DNA from: Marsupella aquatica
Lineage: Eukaryota; Plantae; Marchantiophyta
Direction: 5' to 3'
Length of the DNA: 64,000 nucleotides
NCBI GenBank assembly: GCA_973895155.1
Contig: OZ316899.1
Span: 7,567,241 to 7,631,240, forward strand
Position numbers and translations under genes: made by a program. The stretch's first letter is position 1. Each line of letters begins with the position of its first letter. A model generated the notes under the pieces. The model did no database searches. It was not told the origin of the DNA and saw nothing but the letters and a program-made list of their open reading frames with translations. Below are positions 25,111 through 37,667 of this stretch, in pieces.

Positions 25111-26337
25111 TTGGTGGATACTCCCAAACAATGGGTGTTGTATCCAAAGGAGACAACCCCACTGGACCACCAGTAGGAGCTCGTCTTGGATCCTCTACCT
25201 CCACAGGTACAAAGGGTGTACTCCAAGCGTGTGATATCAAATGATCAGCCTTCTGCCTCAACACTCCACTTGAACTCCAAAGTGGAACATCCAACAAGGA
25301 GGGTACCACTGCCGCCAAACTAAAGACCTCCTCTACCTCCTCATAGACTGGAGAATCCACGGCTAAAAGGTTACCCTCCAACAAATCCCCTAGCCAAGTG
25401 ACCACTCCACTAAAACCAGCAACTGATGCCAATACCTCTTGGGAAGTCCCTCCTGGTCTAACCCCAGAAATAAATCTCACATGCACTTGGCTCAAACGTC
25501 CATCACCAGACTGCCAACCAGGTCTAAAGGCTGTTGTCTCAATCCAATAGTCCATCTGAAAACCCATCGGGTACAACACTGCACCTCCAACTAGTACATC
25601 ATACGACTTTGCTGATGTCACCACAACAGTCACTCCTAATGTAGAGCTATCACTCGCATGATCTGGCCTCATCTGCACTGACACCCTCTCCCATGTCATG
25701 AAGTGAGACCTATCACTGGCTCCTCCAAGTGATGTCTGAATCTGGAATGGGCATGGCTCCAACTCTGACCTCCGAATACCCAAACCAATACAAGCTGCCT
25801 TCCCCAACATCAAGGTTGGACACCAGAGTCCAACAACACCCTCTCTGGTCTACACACCTGTCCTGAAGGACTCACCAATCGAAAGACACCAGTCTGGTTG
25901 TCCAACATACATACTCCAGGTGTAAGCCTCTCACGATCAATGGCTGGTCGGGCTGGTAATGCATCCATCCTCGCCGCTGCCGCCTGCCAAGTAGCATTGG
26001 TACTTAATGCAACATCTGACACTAAGGGTTGCTCAACAACAACACCCTCACACACCTCAGCACTCGTAGCAGCAACACTCCCACGTTCACACAACGTGCC
26101 GGCTAGCTGAAATACGCGAGTCATGTCAACTCCTGAGGCCATCAACTCAGTTGCTGAAAACAATGAGGATCCTAATATTGAGGTTGCCATCCGCAACACT
26201 GCACTAGAGGCTACATCTATGTCTACTACATGTGATGTAGATGCCCCTGTATCCACTATCGGCTCAACAGGTCTCATAGGAACCATGGATGGAGTCCTAA
26301 GCACCTCTGACAACAAGAATGACTGGGGAAGCCTAGC
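25111..26337 (-). pseudogene. Aspartic protease region of the DNMT-Gypsy pol
   Basis: VLLDSGVQP catalytic motif and SYDVLVGGAVL flap-like motif; frameshift at ~25812. Confidence 0.8.
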
Positions 26338-27969
26338 CTACCTCCCAGCCTCACCCCTCTGTGGGTCCAACTCCACAATGGCACCACGTGGCTCTGAAGC
26401 TCTAGCTGCACCTCTCGTCAATGCAACTGATGCCTCAACTTGTGCCGCACTCGCCATATAAGAGAGATCATTGCCCCCATAAGACGTGAAAGCCCCTGCT
26501 CCCAAACCTGCTCGAGGTGGAATACCAGCCATAGTAGCAAGTTTTTGCTCCAATTGCTCAATCCTATCCGCCATAGCAGCCTCTGTTGTAGGGGGAGGGG
26601 CAGCCACTATAGGCGCTCCAACTGCTGGTGGACCTCTACCACCCCTACCACCTCTACCAGCTCCACCACCTCGGCCTCTCTGAGGTGCTCCACCACGACC
26701 TCGACCACCCATCCTCAACTCTGGGTATAGGTCAAAACAACGGTCTCGAGGATGACCTGCTCGACCACAATGATCACACTGCACCTGGGCCGACTGAGAT
26801 CCATCCTCTAAACTCCATCCTCCACTCTCCTGGGGACAAACCCTCCGGACATGATCACCTCCACATGTCCAACACACTGGTCCTTGTTGTTGGGCAGCAT
26901 ATGAAGGCAACGGTCTCTGCACACTCGGCCCTCTGGAACCTGATTGAGGTCGTGCCAAATCTCCACAACTCCCACTACTACCACCACCACCACCACTATG
27001 AGACTGTAAAGTGGCTGGCTGAACACGAGAAGTAGTGGTCATATCCCTATTGAATGCCGATGTCACTACCCTCTCCTCCACCATGTTAAGCTCAATCTTC
27101 TCAGCCAAAGCAAACACACGGGACAACGTGGGTGGATCATCACTCATCAGAGTAGCATCACGTACCCTCCTCCGCAACTCTCTGTCCAAAATCCCATACC
27201 AGAACTGGATTGCCTGCGCCTCAGTCACACCCTGGGTAACTGAAATCAAACGCCGCATACAAGTGTATGCCTCACGAAGACTCTCACCAGTCTTTCTCTC
27301 AAACTCCTGAAGTCTCCTCAACTTCTCTATCTTCACCCCCTGGTAGTTCTTCTTCAATCTCTTGAAGAACTCTATAACTGGGCTGAACAAAGGTGGAGCG
27401 CTAGTGCCTCCACTAGTGCCTCCACTGGTGCCTCCACTAGCACCTCCACTAGTGCCTCCACTAGTATCAACACCACCCTGAGTGATAGACACATAGGCTG
27501 GAGACCAATGTTGTCTCCATGCCTCAATCTCAACAGCATGGTCCTTCCGGAACTGATGATAATCATCCATGGGAGGCCCCTCCAAGTGCTGAAACAACCC
27601 CTTCCATGCCAAGAAAGGTGTAAATAATGTGGCGTTACGCAACATCTGCATATCACACCATTTATCAAACTCTTGAATGAAGTCCTCCAACTCAATGGTG
27701 CCCACTGCCCCTGAGTAATGTCGTGGGCCCTTCATGGCCCCGTACATCCCGTCCATATCCCAAATCAATGGGGCTGCTATACTGGACAATACAATTGAAG
27801 ACTTGATGTTTGGAACACCCTCGTCCTCCTCCTCATCAACTAACAGTAGTGGAAAAGGTAGCCGATACCTCAATCCACTCTGTGTAAAACCACCAATGTA
27901 TGCACCAAGGTCCCCAACAGGACCACCAAACTGCTCCGTGATGACAAGCCGCAACAGCACCACCACCAA
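26338..27969 (-). CDS. Gag of the DNMT-Gypsy (open 543-aa frame)
   Basis: GESLREAY retrotransposon-gag motif, two CCHC knuckles (CWTCGGDHVRRVC; CDHCGRAGHPRDRC), RGG-rich tail, and a 12-bp tandem (GGTS)n at ~27401-27465. Start codon uncertain. Confidence 0.85.
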   Translation of the reverse strand: MVVVLLRLVITEQFGGPVGDLGAYIGGFTQSGLRYRLPFPLLLVDEEEDEGVPNIKSSIVLSSIAAPLIWDMDGMYGAMKGPRHYSGAVGTIELEDFIQEFDKWCDMQMLRNATLFTPFLAWKGLFQHLEGPPMDDYHQFRKDHAVEIEAWRQHWSPAYVSITQGGVDTSGGTSGGASGGTSGGTSGGTSAPPLFSPVIEFFKRLKKNYQGVKIEKLRRLQEFERKTGESLREAYTCMRRLISVTQGVTEAQAIQFWYGILDRELRRRVRDATLMSDDPPTLSRVFALAEKIELNMVEERVVTSAFNRDMTTTSRVQPATLQSHSGGGGGSSGSCGDLARPQSGSRGPSVQRPLPSYAAQQQGPVCWTCGGDHVRRVCPQESGGWSLEDGSQSAQVQCDHCGRAGHPRDRCFDLYPELRMGGRGRGGAPQRGRGGGAGRGGRGGRGPPAVGAPIVAAPPPTTEAAMADRIEQLEQKLATMAGIPPRAGLGAGAFTSYGGNDLSYMASAAQVEASVALTRGAARASEPRGAIVELDPQRGEAGR

Positions 27970-29606
27970 ATCACCACCACTAATTAACCAAGTAACGTCG
28001 ATGTTGCGGTTTACTCTAGCCCTAATAGCTACATGGGTGTGGGCAACCTAACCTGTCATCACCACAAGCAACCTCCCATGGTCTACTGGTCATTACTCCA
28101 GTCTCACCGTGAGAGAAACATAGGTAGTCCGATTGGTCATCACTCCAGCCTCACTACTGGCAGCACACTGGAGTAAAACTACTTCGGAAATCAGCGTCAG
28201 CCCTAACAATGGGCGCGCAAGCAAGAAGCATCAATGGAGGGGATCCAAACACAGGAAGTCCAATGACAACCCTCCAATCGCAAATGAAATACAAAACGGA
28301 AATCAAGGTAACACAATCCACCAACCGTGGCGCCCCCTGAATCCACAAAACAAACCACACAATCCTAATGCAATGTAGCTACTCCGCTAGTAGTCTATGA
28401 TGTGCTCCTTGCACTCCCAGCATTTGATAATGTCACCTGCATGGAAATGCTATCCACCACCACCCGCTAGGAATCCCAAAATGGGTCCTAACGCAACCTA
28501 AAACGATGCATATATGGGGAAAACGTCCAAATATTACACCAATTCCTCTAAGGCAGTCTATACACTAGCAGAATTCAGAACCTGCCAGTTAAGCTTCTTG
28601 TAGGCAGAATAGGGCAAAGATGGGTGACCAGTTATGCAACACAATACTCACAGAAACTACTCACAAATCTGCAAAACTATCTCACGCCCAAGCTTGCTTG
28701 CTTGCTCCCTTACTCCTTTTCTCCCCCTCTCACGCCCACTCACCCCGAGCTACCACGAGTTGCCTCGAAGCCTCAAAACGCCGAGAAATGCTCGAGACAT
28801 GCCCCTTTCGCCCCAACTTGCTCTGCCACGCTACGCTACGAGCAAAGCGTCCCCAACATGCAGGTTTGCTATCCACCATAGCCAGGCCTTGAGCTAGTCC
28901 ACAAAATTTTGATCTCTGATTACTCCGTGAATCCTCAACGAAAAATGAATCTGTCTAGACCAGGATTCAATTGGCCACCATAGATATCTCTCAAAAAGAA
29001 ATCAACTACAACTGAGGTCTGTACTTTGAGCTAAAAATCGGACAACATTTCGGCCTATACATTTCCGAAAGCACAGCGCTTTTGCTCATGATCTATGAGC
29101 CACAACTAGGACAGCGCTTTCGCGCCACTGATCACACAACACAGATCTGCAACTCTGTCATCCAGATCTACTACCAACGCACTGAAATCCGGCAGCGCTT
29201 CCGCATAGATTCATCAATACAGAAATCTGCATCGGTCCCTCTCTAAACAACAATTCGCTCCACACCAGAGCTAAATAGTTCTGCACGATTGAATTGATGT
29301 TGCAAATCAGACAAAGATCAACATCAAAAACCTCTCACCCGATCTGGATGACTTCCAAGAGAGCTTTCGCACTCAAGCTTTCCAAATCTGAAAAACCGTC
29401 GAACACAAACCAGATTCTTCATTCTTCGATTACTTCCAACTCGCTTGACCAAACCAGGCGATCTTTAGTGCGTTGGAAAGCTCTCAGCAATGCGCTTCTT
29501 CCCCACCCATACACGGACCAGATCCACAATGTATCCATGGCTGATGCTATCAAGCAGCCCACCAGATCCTACTGATCTCCGATCGAAGTTACAATCGATC
29601 ACTATG

Positions 29607-29617
29607 AGTTCTTTGAG
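29607..29617 (-). promoter_or_regulatory. Self-priming PBS: 11 nt complementary to an LTR-internal sequence
   Basis: On the minus strand CTCAAAGAACT directly follows the 5' LTR. Its complement AGTTCTTTGAG lies in the LTR at 29785-29775, 26-29 nt downstream of a TATA (29814-29811). No TGG tRNA-type PBS. Confidence 0.8.
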
Positions 29618-29979
29618 TGAAATCCGTGAAAGACATACTGTCATAAAACACGTAAGAACACACACAGTCAAGCCAAACCCACTCCGCAATGGAGAATCTA
29701 GGTTGAAGCTAACGGGACACCATAGCCAAGGAGCTCCACTCACTACCAAGGCTCTCCCAATGCCAAAGGCTCAACTCAAAGAACTAACCGTCCATTGAGC
29801 CTCTCCACACTATACCCTCCAACCCTAAGGGCGGGTCCTACTAGAGGAGTCACCCTCAACAGCACCCCCTCTAACCCTCTACCATGGAACCAGACTCCTA
29901 ACTAGGCACTATGGCCCATCTAAGGTATGGACTCCGCTAGCACACTACATAGTCTAGCAGGCTACGTATGGTCATGACA
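29618..29979 (-). repeat. 5' LTR (repeat B) of the DNMT-Gypsy
   Basis: Direct repeat of 20214-20581; TG...CA ends. Confidence 0.92.
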
Positions 29980-31653
29980 TCTTCCTTTGGACTTCTTCCC
30001 CTTCGCACTCTGATACTGAAGCAAATGCATTTGATGTTCTGAGATTTCTGGATCGGATTTCAATCGGATGGGAACACCATCAGGGCCAACCCATGTGCAT
30101 TAGCTACTTGGACAATGACAGTAAATATAAAAACAGGACAAGGAGCAACAACCTTTTGGCAATGGTATACCCAACTCCAAATATCAATAGCACTTAAAGT
30201 ATCTCTTCTTCGTGGAAAGGAATTCTGTAATCATAAGAAACAAAAGTATAGATGGGAAGAAAGGGCAGTCCACTTCCCGCTGAACAACTGGTGGCACAGG
30301 ATCCATCATAACAGCAAAAGGATAAGCCAATTCCTGAATAGCTTGGGTGAATTCAAAATTCATCTCAACAAGGTTTTGTTTCTTCAAATCAAGGGAACCT
30401 GGAGCTATAACTCCAACTGGTTCAGCAAATACACATTGTGGCATCCTCTGTACTTTTGTTGAAGTTGAATCTGGTACTGCAGGGCTCTTCTCTTCAATTG
30501 TAGTCCAAGCAACTGTAAATGAGGAAGAAGGATCTACTTGAGCGTTTGTTGTGGTGGCCTCATCATCAGCAACAGGTTTGAGTGGAGAATTGAATGGTGT
30601 CTCCTCTAGTGAATCAGCATCATCATGAGAAACTTCAATTGAAATTGGAGAAGCAGGTAGGGTATCTGCAATTAACTCCATCACTTCGTCAATAATCCCT
30701 TCCTTCTCACAACCGAGCAATTACATCAGCTGAGCAATAAGTGGAAACTCTAATGCGTGATCAGCATCCGGAGGTGTAGTAGATGTCTCTAACAGGGGAT
30801 GAAACTGGTGACATGGGTGGGGGTGATAGTGAGGATTCCCCTCTGAACGGTAAAAACTCTAAATGTAGCGTTCTCTCCTCATCTGCTGTAAAGCAATTAG
30901 TGTGATGATAAATGCAGGCCAAGTGTGGTGCAATATTAAGTGCATAAATCAAAGTGGACTTTGCTTTCTAATCTCACAACTACATCATGGGAAATCTGAG
31001 CCCAATTAATCAGAGTGGCCAGTGTCAAGGAAATCCTGGTCCTAGCTTCAAGATTCAAAATAGGAATGAGGAAAGCTAACAACGGTTTCAAATGTTAAGT
31101 CTCCAAACAATGCTCAACTCTCCATCCATTCCTGGTGACCCACTCTTCTCTTTGAGAATAAGATTCAACTTCACTTCTCAATTCTCCATTGGGATCACAC
31201 AATCCTTCACCTTCGGCTGGTATCTTATACACTTCAGCATTCAACGATTTAGTCCACTTCACAGGCCTAGCTCTGTTCTTTGATCTTACAGCCGGTTATT
31301 TGCTTATCAAATCCGTGAATAAACTAGACTCAATTACATGCCAAGGAAAATCCAATAGAGATTGCAAACCCATCAATGCCAAATTCTCTTGTGGATTCTC
31401 CTTCATCTCTGGAACTTCAGGAATTTCTACAAGCACCGGTCTAGACTTTGGCATTTGAAATGGTGTTGCGCCTTTCGTATTCTCTCTTGCTCTGCGGCCC
31501 TTCATGCGCGCCATCGCTGCTGAAATAGAAATGGAAATTCACAGTGTGCGCCTCGGCAATCCAAGTACAAGTAGTGCCCTTTGTAACTGTGTAGTGTCTG
31601 ACAGCAAGCCTCCGTCTCTTGCTTTTCAATCTTTTCAGCCGACTTGTGAACAA
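29980..31653 (-). pseudogene. Old remnant of a retrotransposon accessory ORF
   Basis: Reads ..AEVYKIPAEGEG..NGWRVEHC..LLAFLIPILN..TRISLTLATLINWAQI.. followed by an acidic Pro/Ser-rich tail. Same motif pattern as accessory ORF B (17100-17620). Many stops. Confidence 0.5.
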
Positions 31654-32379
31654 TGAATAGCTCCTCTCAATAAGATTTAGGGTTAGTCATAGCGCTCTGT
31701 GGGTTACCTAGGAGTGTCAATCACACTGATAATTCCTCTGGTAATCTACTCAAGGCATTCTTTGTAAATGAGTGGCGTCCTCCCAAACAGCTAGACTAAA
31801 ATACTAAGAACATTTTTTGTAAATGCTTAAAGTCCATAGTAAACTTGTTTACTTAATTTTTTAAGACTGTTTTTACACTAAAGAGCTACTCTAAGCATTA
31901 ATGAACTTCAAAAAACAAACAAAAACATGACTATAATTTTGACATCTTGTATATCTACTCTATTACCCCTCATTCTGGGAGCTCCTCATTCAGAAATGAG
32001 GTGGATCCCTGTCCTCATTCTGGGAACACTTCCTTTGGCAATTGGTTCATTGCATAAATGCTACCAAGCGTTTTATTGGCAGACGAACTAATCGGAGAAA
32101 TGCAGCTGGTGACACTATTCCTTTCTCTCGCAAATGATGTTGCTTGGTGGTGTAAGCAGTGTGATGCAGATGCTCATGAGGATACCATACACTGTTAGTG
32201 GCTCTGTCCAGATTCGCAAAATATTTGGCAATGGATGCTTTGGATGCCATTTTGGGAGCTCCTCTTGCTGGGAGTAATTGTGGTGCTCCTCTTAAACCAC
32301 AAGTGCACCTCTAAAGAGCTACAGTTACCCTTTGCTCTCATTGTAAAATGCACAGGTTCAGGAATTGGCTTTGAGCTCC

Positions 32380-32900
32380 ACCACAAAAAGTGATGAGTGC
32401 AACAACTTTTTGTGGCAAGTGCTCCACAAAAGGTGAAGACTGTTCCACCTTTTATGGTGAGTAGTGATGTAAGGAATGAGGCTTTTATGGGGGGAGTTTT
32501 CTGCAATGGGCAGGAGCATAAGGGAGCAATGTTGCATGGAGGTAGAAGGCCCATGGGTCACAAACTCCTTTTCTTTAAGCTCTGGCATATTGCCCAAGGT
32601 ATTACCAACTGGCACTTTGGAGAAGGATGAGGTGAGTACTTGAGGGTATTCAGATTCAGATCTGGTATGAACTTAGGATGAATATGAAGGTTGCCTGCAA
32701 GAAAGGGGGTTGGATGGTTTGGTTTTGGAAGAATCGACACAATTGGTTAGATCTTTCATGGGTTGGATTGCATCGAGGAATGGACACAATTGGTTAGATC
32801 ACGAGGTCTTTGGCAGCCGAATGATGGAATCATACTCTGTAGGCCTCTGAGTGACCACACCTCATGCTGTCAACAGGTCTATACCTGCCAATCTTTTGCA
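32380..32900 (+). pseudogene. Possible highly decayed LINE ORF2 C-terminal fragment
   Basis: CNNFLWQVLHK and KLWHIAQGITNWH resemble zf-RVT-adjacent motifs of plant L1 elements; no RT core visible. Confidence 0.25.
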
Positions 32901-33522
32901 ATACGTGAACAGAACCTTTACTGTTGCATACCAACATTTAGGTTCTATAGAAATTCAATGCCTTTCGACGTTGTCCAATATTAAGAAACGGCGTGCCTTC
33001 GACTGAACACTCACACTGTCACCATCTTAAGTCTGGATCATTTTTAACCCCAGATTTATTCTTTACGGTGTTAGGTCAATCACTAACCCTTTCCACTGCC
33101 TTCCAACAGAACCCACCCATGAGATAGGACTTTCTTCTCATTGCCAATTCTTTCATCTCATTCTGGGAGAGAACGTTTTCAAATGTTGCATGGCCTCTGG
33201 CAAAGCGGCTGCATATCTGGCAGGCCAGCCCCTCTGGCGCAATGTGCGGGGATACCAACCCTTCTGAGGGGTAGAAAAAATTCAGTTCTATTCAATCTTC
33301 AATCAAACACATGTTTCAGTCTTGACAACCACAACTCCCGTTTCACTCATACTGTTTTGAGCAATTTTGGTACTTTGGACAGACTTTCAGCTGTCAGAGT
33401 ATCTTAAGAGTGTCCCCACTCAACATTAAGAGTGATACATAGCAAGTGAGAGCATGTAAAATAATCTACCTACAGGTGAGATGAGACCTTGACTAAGGTA
33501 ACATAGATGCCTGCCGCAGCAA

Positions 33523-35808
33523 CTACCTTTTAGGAACAGTCATTAAATCAACTACCACAACGCTAATATTGTCACTACTCCCACGAGCTAATGCAAGTTT
33601 AGTTAGAAGAGCAGCAGCTACAGCTGCTGGAGACTCTTCTATTTCTTCATTACTAGGAGACTCATTAAGATTTGCAGAGATGTTACTGCGGCGATGACCA
33701 GCTAGACATTTACGTGCTATATCACAAACGACTTCATTAGACAGCACATCCCATAAACCATCACTCGCCAGTATCAGGCATTCATCCTCCACCGTGCGCT
33801 GAGTGCAAGTTACCTCAGGTTCAGCTATGACAAAGGGTTTCAAGTACCGATCACCTGCACAGAAGGAAATTAACCAGAACATGAGATGACGAGAAGGAAT
33901 TTGACTTGCAAAATGATACTGGTATCCTGATCTTCCTATCCATATTGCCATTTTAATTGCTTTCTGACATATCTTCCAGCAGAGTGAAAACATGTAACAT
34001 CTGCACAAGGGTTGTGCGTACTGTTTACCATTCTTTCCCACAAATAAAGCACAATGCGGCCAGATTTTAGTCCTCAAAGGTCTCGACTCATACCAATAGC
34101 TCTTGACATCGCAAGAACACCAAGCACTCGATAACCATTCCAAAATATGACGCGGCCACCGGCAGCCTCTACTCGAGCCATTTCATCTTCTCGATCAGGC
34201 TGCAGCAAGTAGTATTGACCACCTCAAGTTAAATGTGACCTATGCCTCTACTTGACGAAGCAAAGACTCTGGAGTTACCAAATCTGAAGTAACCTCGTGT
34301 CATAAGCTCCCAGACTAGCCAACAGCAACAGAATATAATTTCTTGGATAATTCCTCATCCAGGCACCAATGTATAAGTATCATTTACCTTGTGATCCTGA
34401 GAGAGAGCTATTGCATGACCTCCACGAGATAGCACAGCACGAGAATCCCCACAATTCGCAATGATCAACTGGCATGAGCTCACAACAGCCACCACAGCAG
34501 TGGAGCCTACTGTTTCGGGAGCAATAGGGTCTGTACAACATTTAGCACTTCCTTCTGGTTTGCCACATTGCCCTCCTCGCCAACAGACACCTCCAACTTC
34601 AGCGTCCATCCTCAAGAAACAGGTCAACATTGCTTTCTTCCACTTAAGATCCCAACTGTCAAAACCTGAGGGAGTGCTTGCGTTTTTTGTTACCGCAGTC
34701 ATCTCCTCTGCTAACATGTGATGCAGCCGATCTGCACAATATAAAGCTGCCTGTACAAATGCAAAGAAGTAACGTTTGATCATATGCCAGGTGTTCAGTC
34801 CGATACTAATTTGATACAATGCTGTAACACCTATCCCTCATGGTTATTATCGCAGAATTCAACACCTGGCCTGACAGGAATCAAACAACTGACCTGAGAA
34901 CCTCCATGCCCGTCGTAGACTCCAAAAAAGTGAAAATAACTGAAGCAAGGGATTCTGCAGTTACATTGGGCTGTGTCACAGGGAAGTAACAGAAACGAAG
35001 GAACGGAAGCAACAGCATCTTCCATCTCTCGCCGCCGCCCACACACCGAAACCGACCCATGCGGTGGACATTGTTCATCGGCAGCAAAATCCAGGCTAGC
35101 ACTGGAGCTTGATCCTGAGAACTTCACACTTGAATGACATTGATCGACTCTGGCTTGTGACCCTTGCCGATTAAGAGGTTGACCCTCAACTTGGTGACTG
35201 TCAATAGTAACTTCCTCCTGCACTGAGCTCTCGGTAGCACTTTGAACCGTCTGAGTAGCATCTGCTGTCCAGGTAACAGATGATCCCCCTTCTACCTCAT
35301 TGCTCTCAAGACTCGTACTGGTGCTGTCACTACTAATACTACTACTGCCGCTGCTTGTACTGCCACTTCCGCTGCTTCCGCTTTCATCTTCTCCACTGCT
35401 GCTGTTCTGCACGCTGTTGGCCGTCGAAGGCCTTTCCCAGTTCGAAGATGGAGCTGCACCATTATGTCTTGTCATGATCTCGCCACCTTCATATTTCAGA
35501 GGACGCCGCGGATGACTGTCACGCCTGCTCTCATCGTTGTCTACAGGATGCCGTAAGACAAAGTCATTCTCAGATTTACACAGAGGACTCAGTTTCCGCT
35601 CATTGCAAGACATGCAAGACTGGTCGTTTACAGACCGTGAGCGCTTGTTTACGGGCTCCAAAAAAGCACCCGAGTTAGCTATCAGCTTGAAACGTCTGAT
35701 TTCCATCCTCCGGCGCCGTGCTGCAATAGCACCACCCTCAGATGGGAACGATTCGTCTACGAAAGAATATGCGCTTCCGTACAGATCAGCTGCAGCTAAT
35801 GTCTCCAT
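33523..35808 (-). CDS. Clade A protein phosphatase 2C (ABI1/PP2CA-HAI-like negative regulator of ABA signalling), ~571 aa. Exons 35808-34894, 34750-34388, 34199-34094, 33854-33523; alternative in-frame ATG at 35847
   Basis: GT-AG introns give a continuous frame (915+363+106+332 nt). Motifs: [85 protein letters not shown] (receptor-binding Trp present), [23 protein letters not shown]. Confidence 0.95.
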
Positions 35809-37224
35809 TTCCTCCCGAACTATTATCACCTGCCAGGCCGAGAGCATATCTGCAGTAGTGGAACTCTAGTTGAGATAACTTCTGCTCAGACATACGATAA
35901 TTCTTGGCATCATCACTTCAACGGCATACTCTTACATGGACACACGAAAACTTCCACTGGGCTACCTTTCTGCCATACACCACTTTCTCTGTACTAGCCA
36001 GCACGGAGGAGCTCGAAGTTATACAAGATGCGAATAACTGCTATGGCAGAACAACAGAAATCATAGGCTAGAGATGCACTACAGTGCCGTGACTTTCGCA
36101 TGGGGTCCACTCACGCATATGCTCAGATAGCTGAAACCTACGGTCGTCAGCATTCAACCACAGCTATCCGAACACCACTCCGGTAACATGACAACAGGGA
36201 CTAACAACGAATTGTGATCAGCCACAATTCGAAAAGGCTATCACGAACAGGCTGAGAACTGACGATAACATCTCATATGTGGAGGCAAGCTTCACATCAA
36301 GAAACTAGAGAACGGCATGCTAACCGACGCACCAACATCATCAGGCGGGAACGTCGCAGGATCTTTTACACGATAACTTTATCTGGATTTCACGGAAAAG
36401 CATAACAAGACATGAACTAGACCGCCCACTAGCAATGCTATCAATAAGGAAAAAGGCATGGCCAGAGTTCCATACAAACCTTAAAATGATCGACCACGGG
36501 CTACACTTTTGCAGCCGATCGACACTTTTTTGAACGGGGGTCAGTAACATCAAGCTTCACTTTAACGCTTCCTCCCTCAATCCTTCCTCCAACATCCAAT
36601 ACTCCTACATGAGGAGATCGTCATCTGTTCACTCAAACCACACATCGGCACCTGAGGTCGTGAGGCGTAGTGTTTCTGTTAAGGACAGAAATCTTCAAGG
36701 GGAATGACGACATGAAGGAACACCAAGGCTCACAGCAAGAACGTCCCCCTTGCTCTAGGTCCAAACGAAATCTCCAGAGAACCTTATACGAAACTCAGGG
36801 AGAAGAAACGAGCTTTCCACTGTATGCATATCTCACCTTGCATGACTATGCAGTACTTAGGACGACCATACCGCCAGAACAGTGAAGTAATCTCCTCTTG
36901 CAGTCTACAAGACAAGTACAAAACTGAGTAAGAAGGCCCAATTGTCGAAGATACGTATCCAGATTCAGCTTTCGGAACGAGAAGAGGTCGGAGTGGAGCC
37001 CTAGACGTTACCCCAGTAAGAACTTTCAAAGAACTTCGTGAACCTGATCAAGAAATTTAGACTAACACTGGCCCTTTGCCCTTGGCTTCAGTTCTTCCAC
37101 TATCGATGGAATCGCGAATCAGGTTACACCGATGGGTCTCTGGTGGCAACAGCTACGACCTAGATTCTGAAACCCGAAAGCAAACCTCGGTTAGATCGAC
37201 GGGTGGCACACTAGCTGTGTCACA

Positions 37225-37667
37225 GACGGCACGTCTGGCTAGCAAGATTCAGCGGAGAAGTCTCTATGCAAAAAATCCATTGTGAGTTGCAAACGTAAAT
37301 GCTTTACCACAGGGTTGCCCCAGGTCGTCCACACGTATCTGATAAGTAAACCACAATCCAAACAACGGAAATGATCCACCCTCTTCCTCCAGCTGCTGAA
37401 ATTGCCCCTATGCATACGTGACCTGCGGTATCCCGTCCGAGAGAACGAACGAAACACGACCGAGAACGAAGGAAGTATCTTACCCGACTCACGTTATCTG
37501 CCGCTCTCTTCATATAACCTCTTCCAAGTAGAGAACACAACACAACCTCCCACCCACAGGATAGAAGCAACAATGACGGGTGACTATGACTCCGGAAAAT
37601 TTACAGCCGCCGTGGAGAGTAGGTTAAAAAACATTTTCATTTCACATATCGGACGTGAACACGTGTG
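37225..37667 (-). promoter_or_regulatory. Cluster of ACGT-core (ABRE/G-box-like) motifs upstream of the PP2C
   Basis: CACGTC ~37229, CACGTA ~37332, TACGTG ~37415, GACGTG 37652 and CACGTG 37660-37665. Clade A PP2Cs are typically ABRE-driven. TSS not determinable. Confidence 0.4.

Larger units (their letters stand above)
20148..29979 (-). mobile_element. Ty3/Gypsy LTR retrotransposon carrying a C5 DNA methyltransferase and a PHD finger; degenerate
   Basis: Direct repeats 29618-29979 and 20214-20581 (minus: TGTCATGA...GGATTTCA). Internal order gag-PR-DNMT-RT-RH-IN-PHD. Extra 67-bp repeat at 20148-20214 and 20629-20695. Confidence 0.93.

Noticed and set aside
20148-29979. DIRS/Ngaro tyrosine-recombinase element, suggested by the split repeats and methyltransferase
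   Set aside because: It has an aspartic protease and a DDE integrase, no YR motifs are seen, and the MTase is C5-type rather than the adenine-type found in DIRS.
29980-30005. Purine-rich minus-strand stretch before the DNMT-Gypsy 5' LTR as a PPT of a tandem element
   Set aside because: The adjacent sequence is an unrelated ORF remnant, not the family's 3' region.
33523-34143. 206-aa ORF as a separate protein
   Set aside because: It is PP2C exon 4 read through intron 3.
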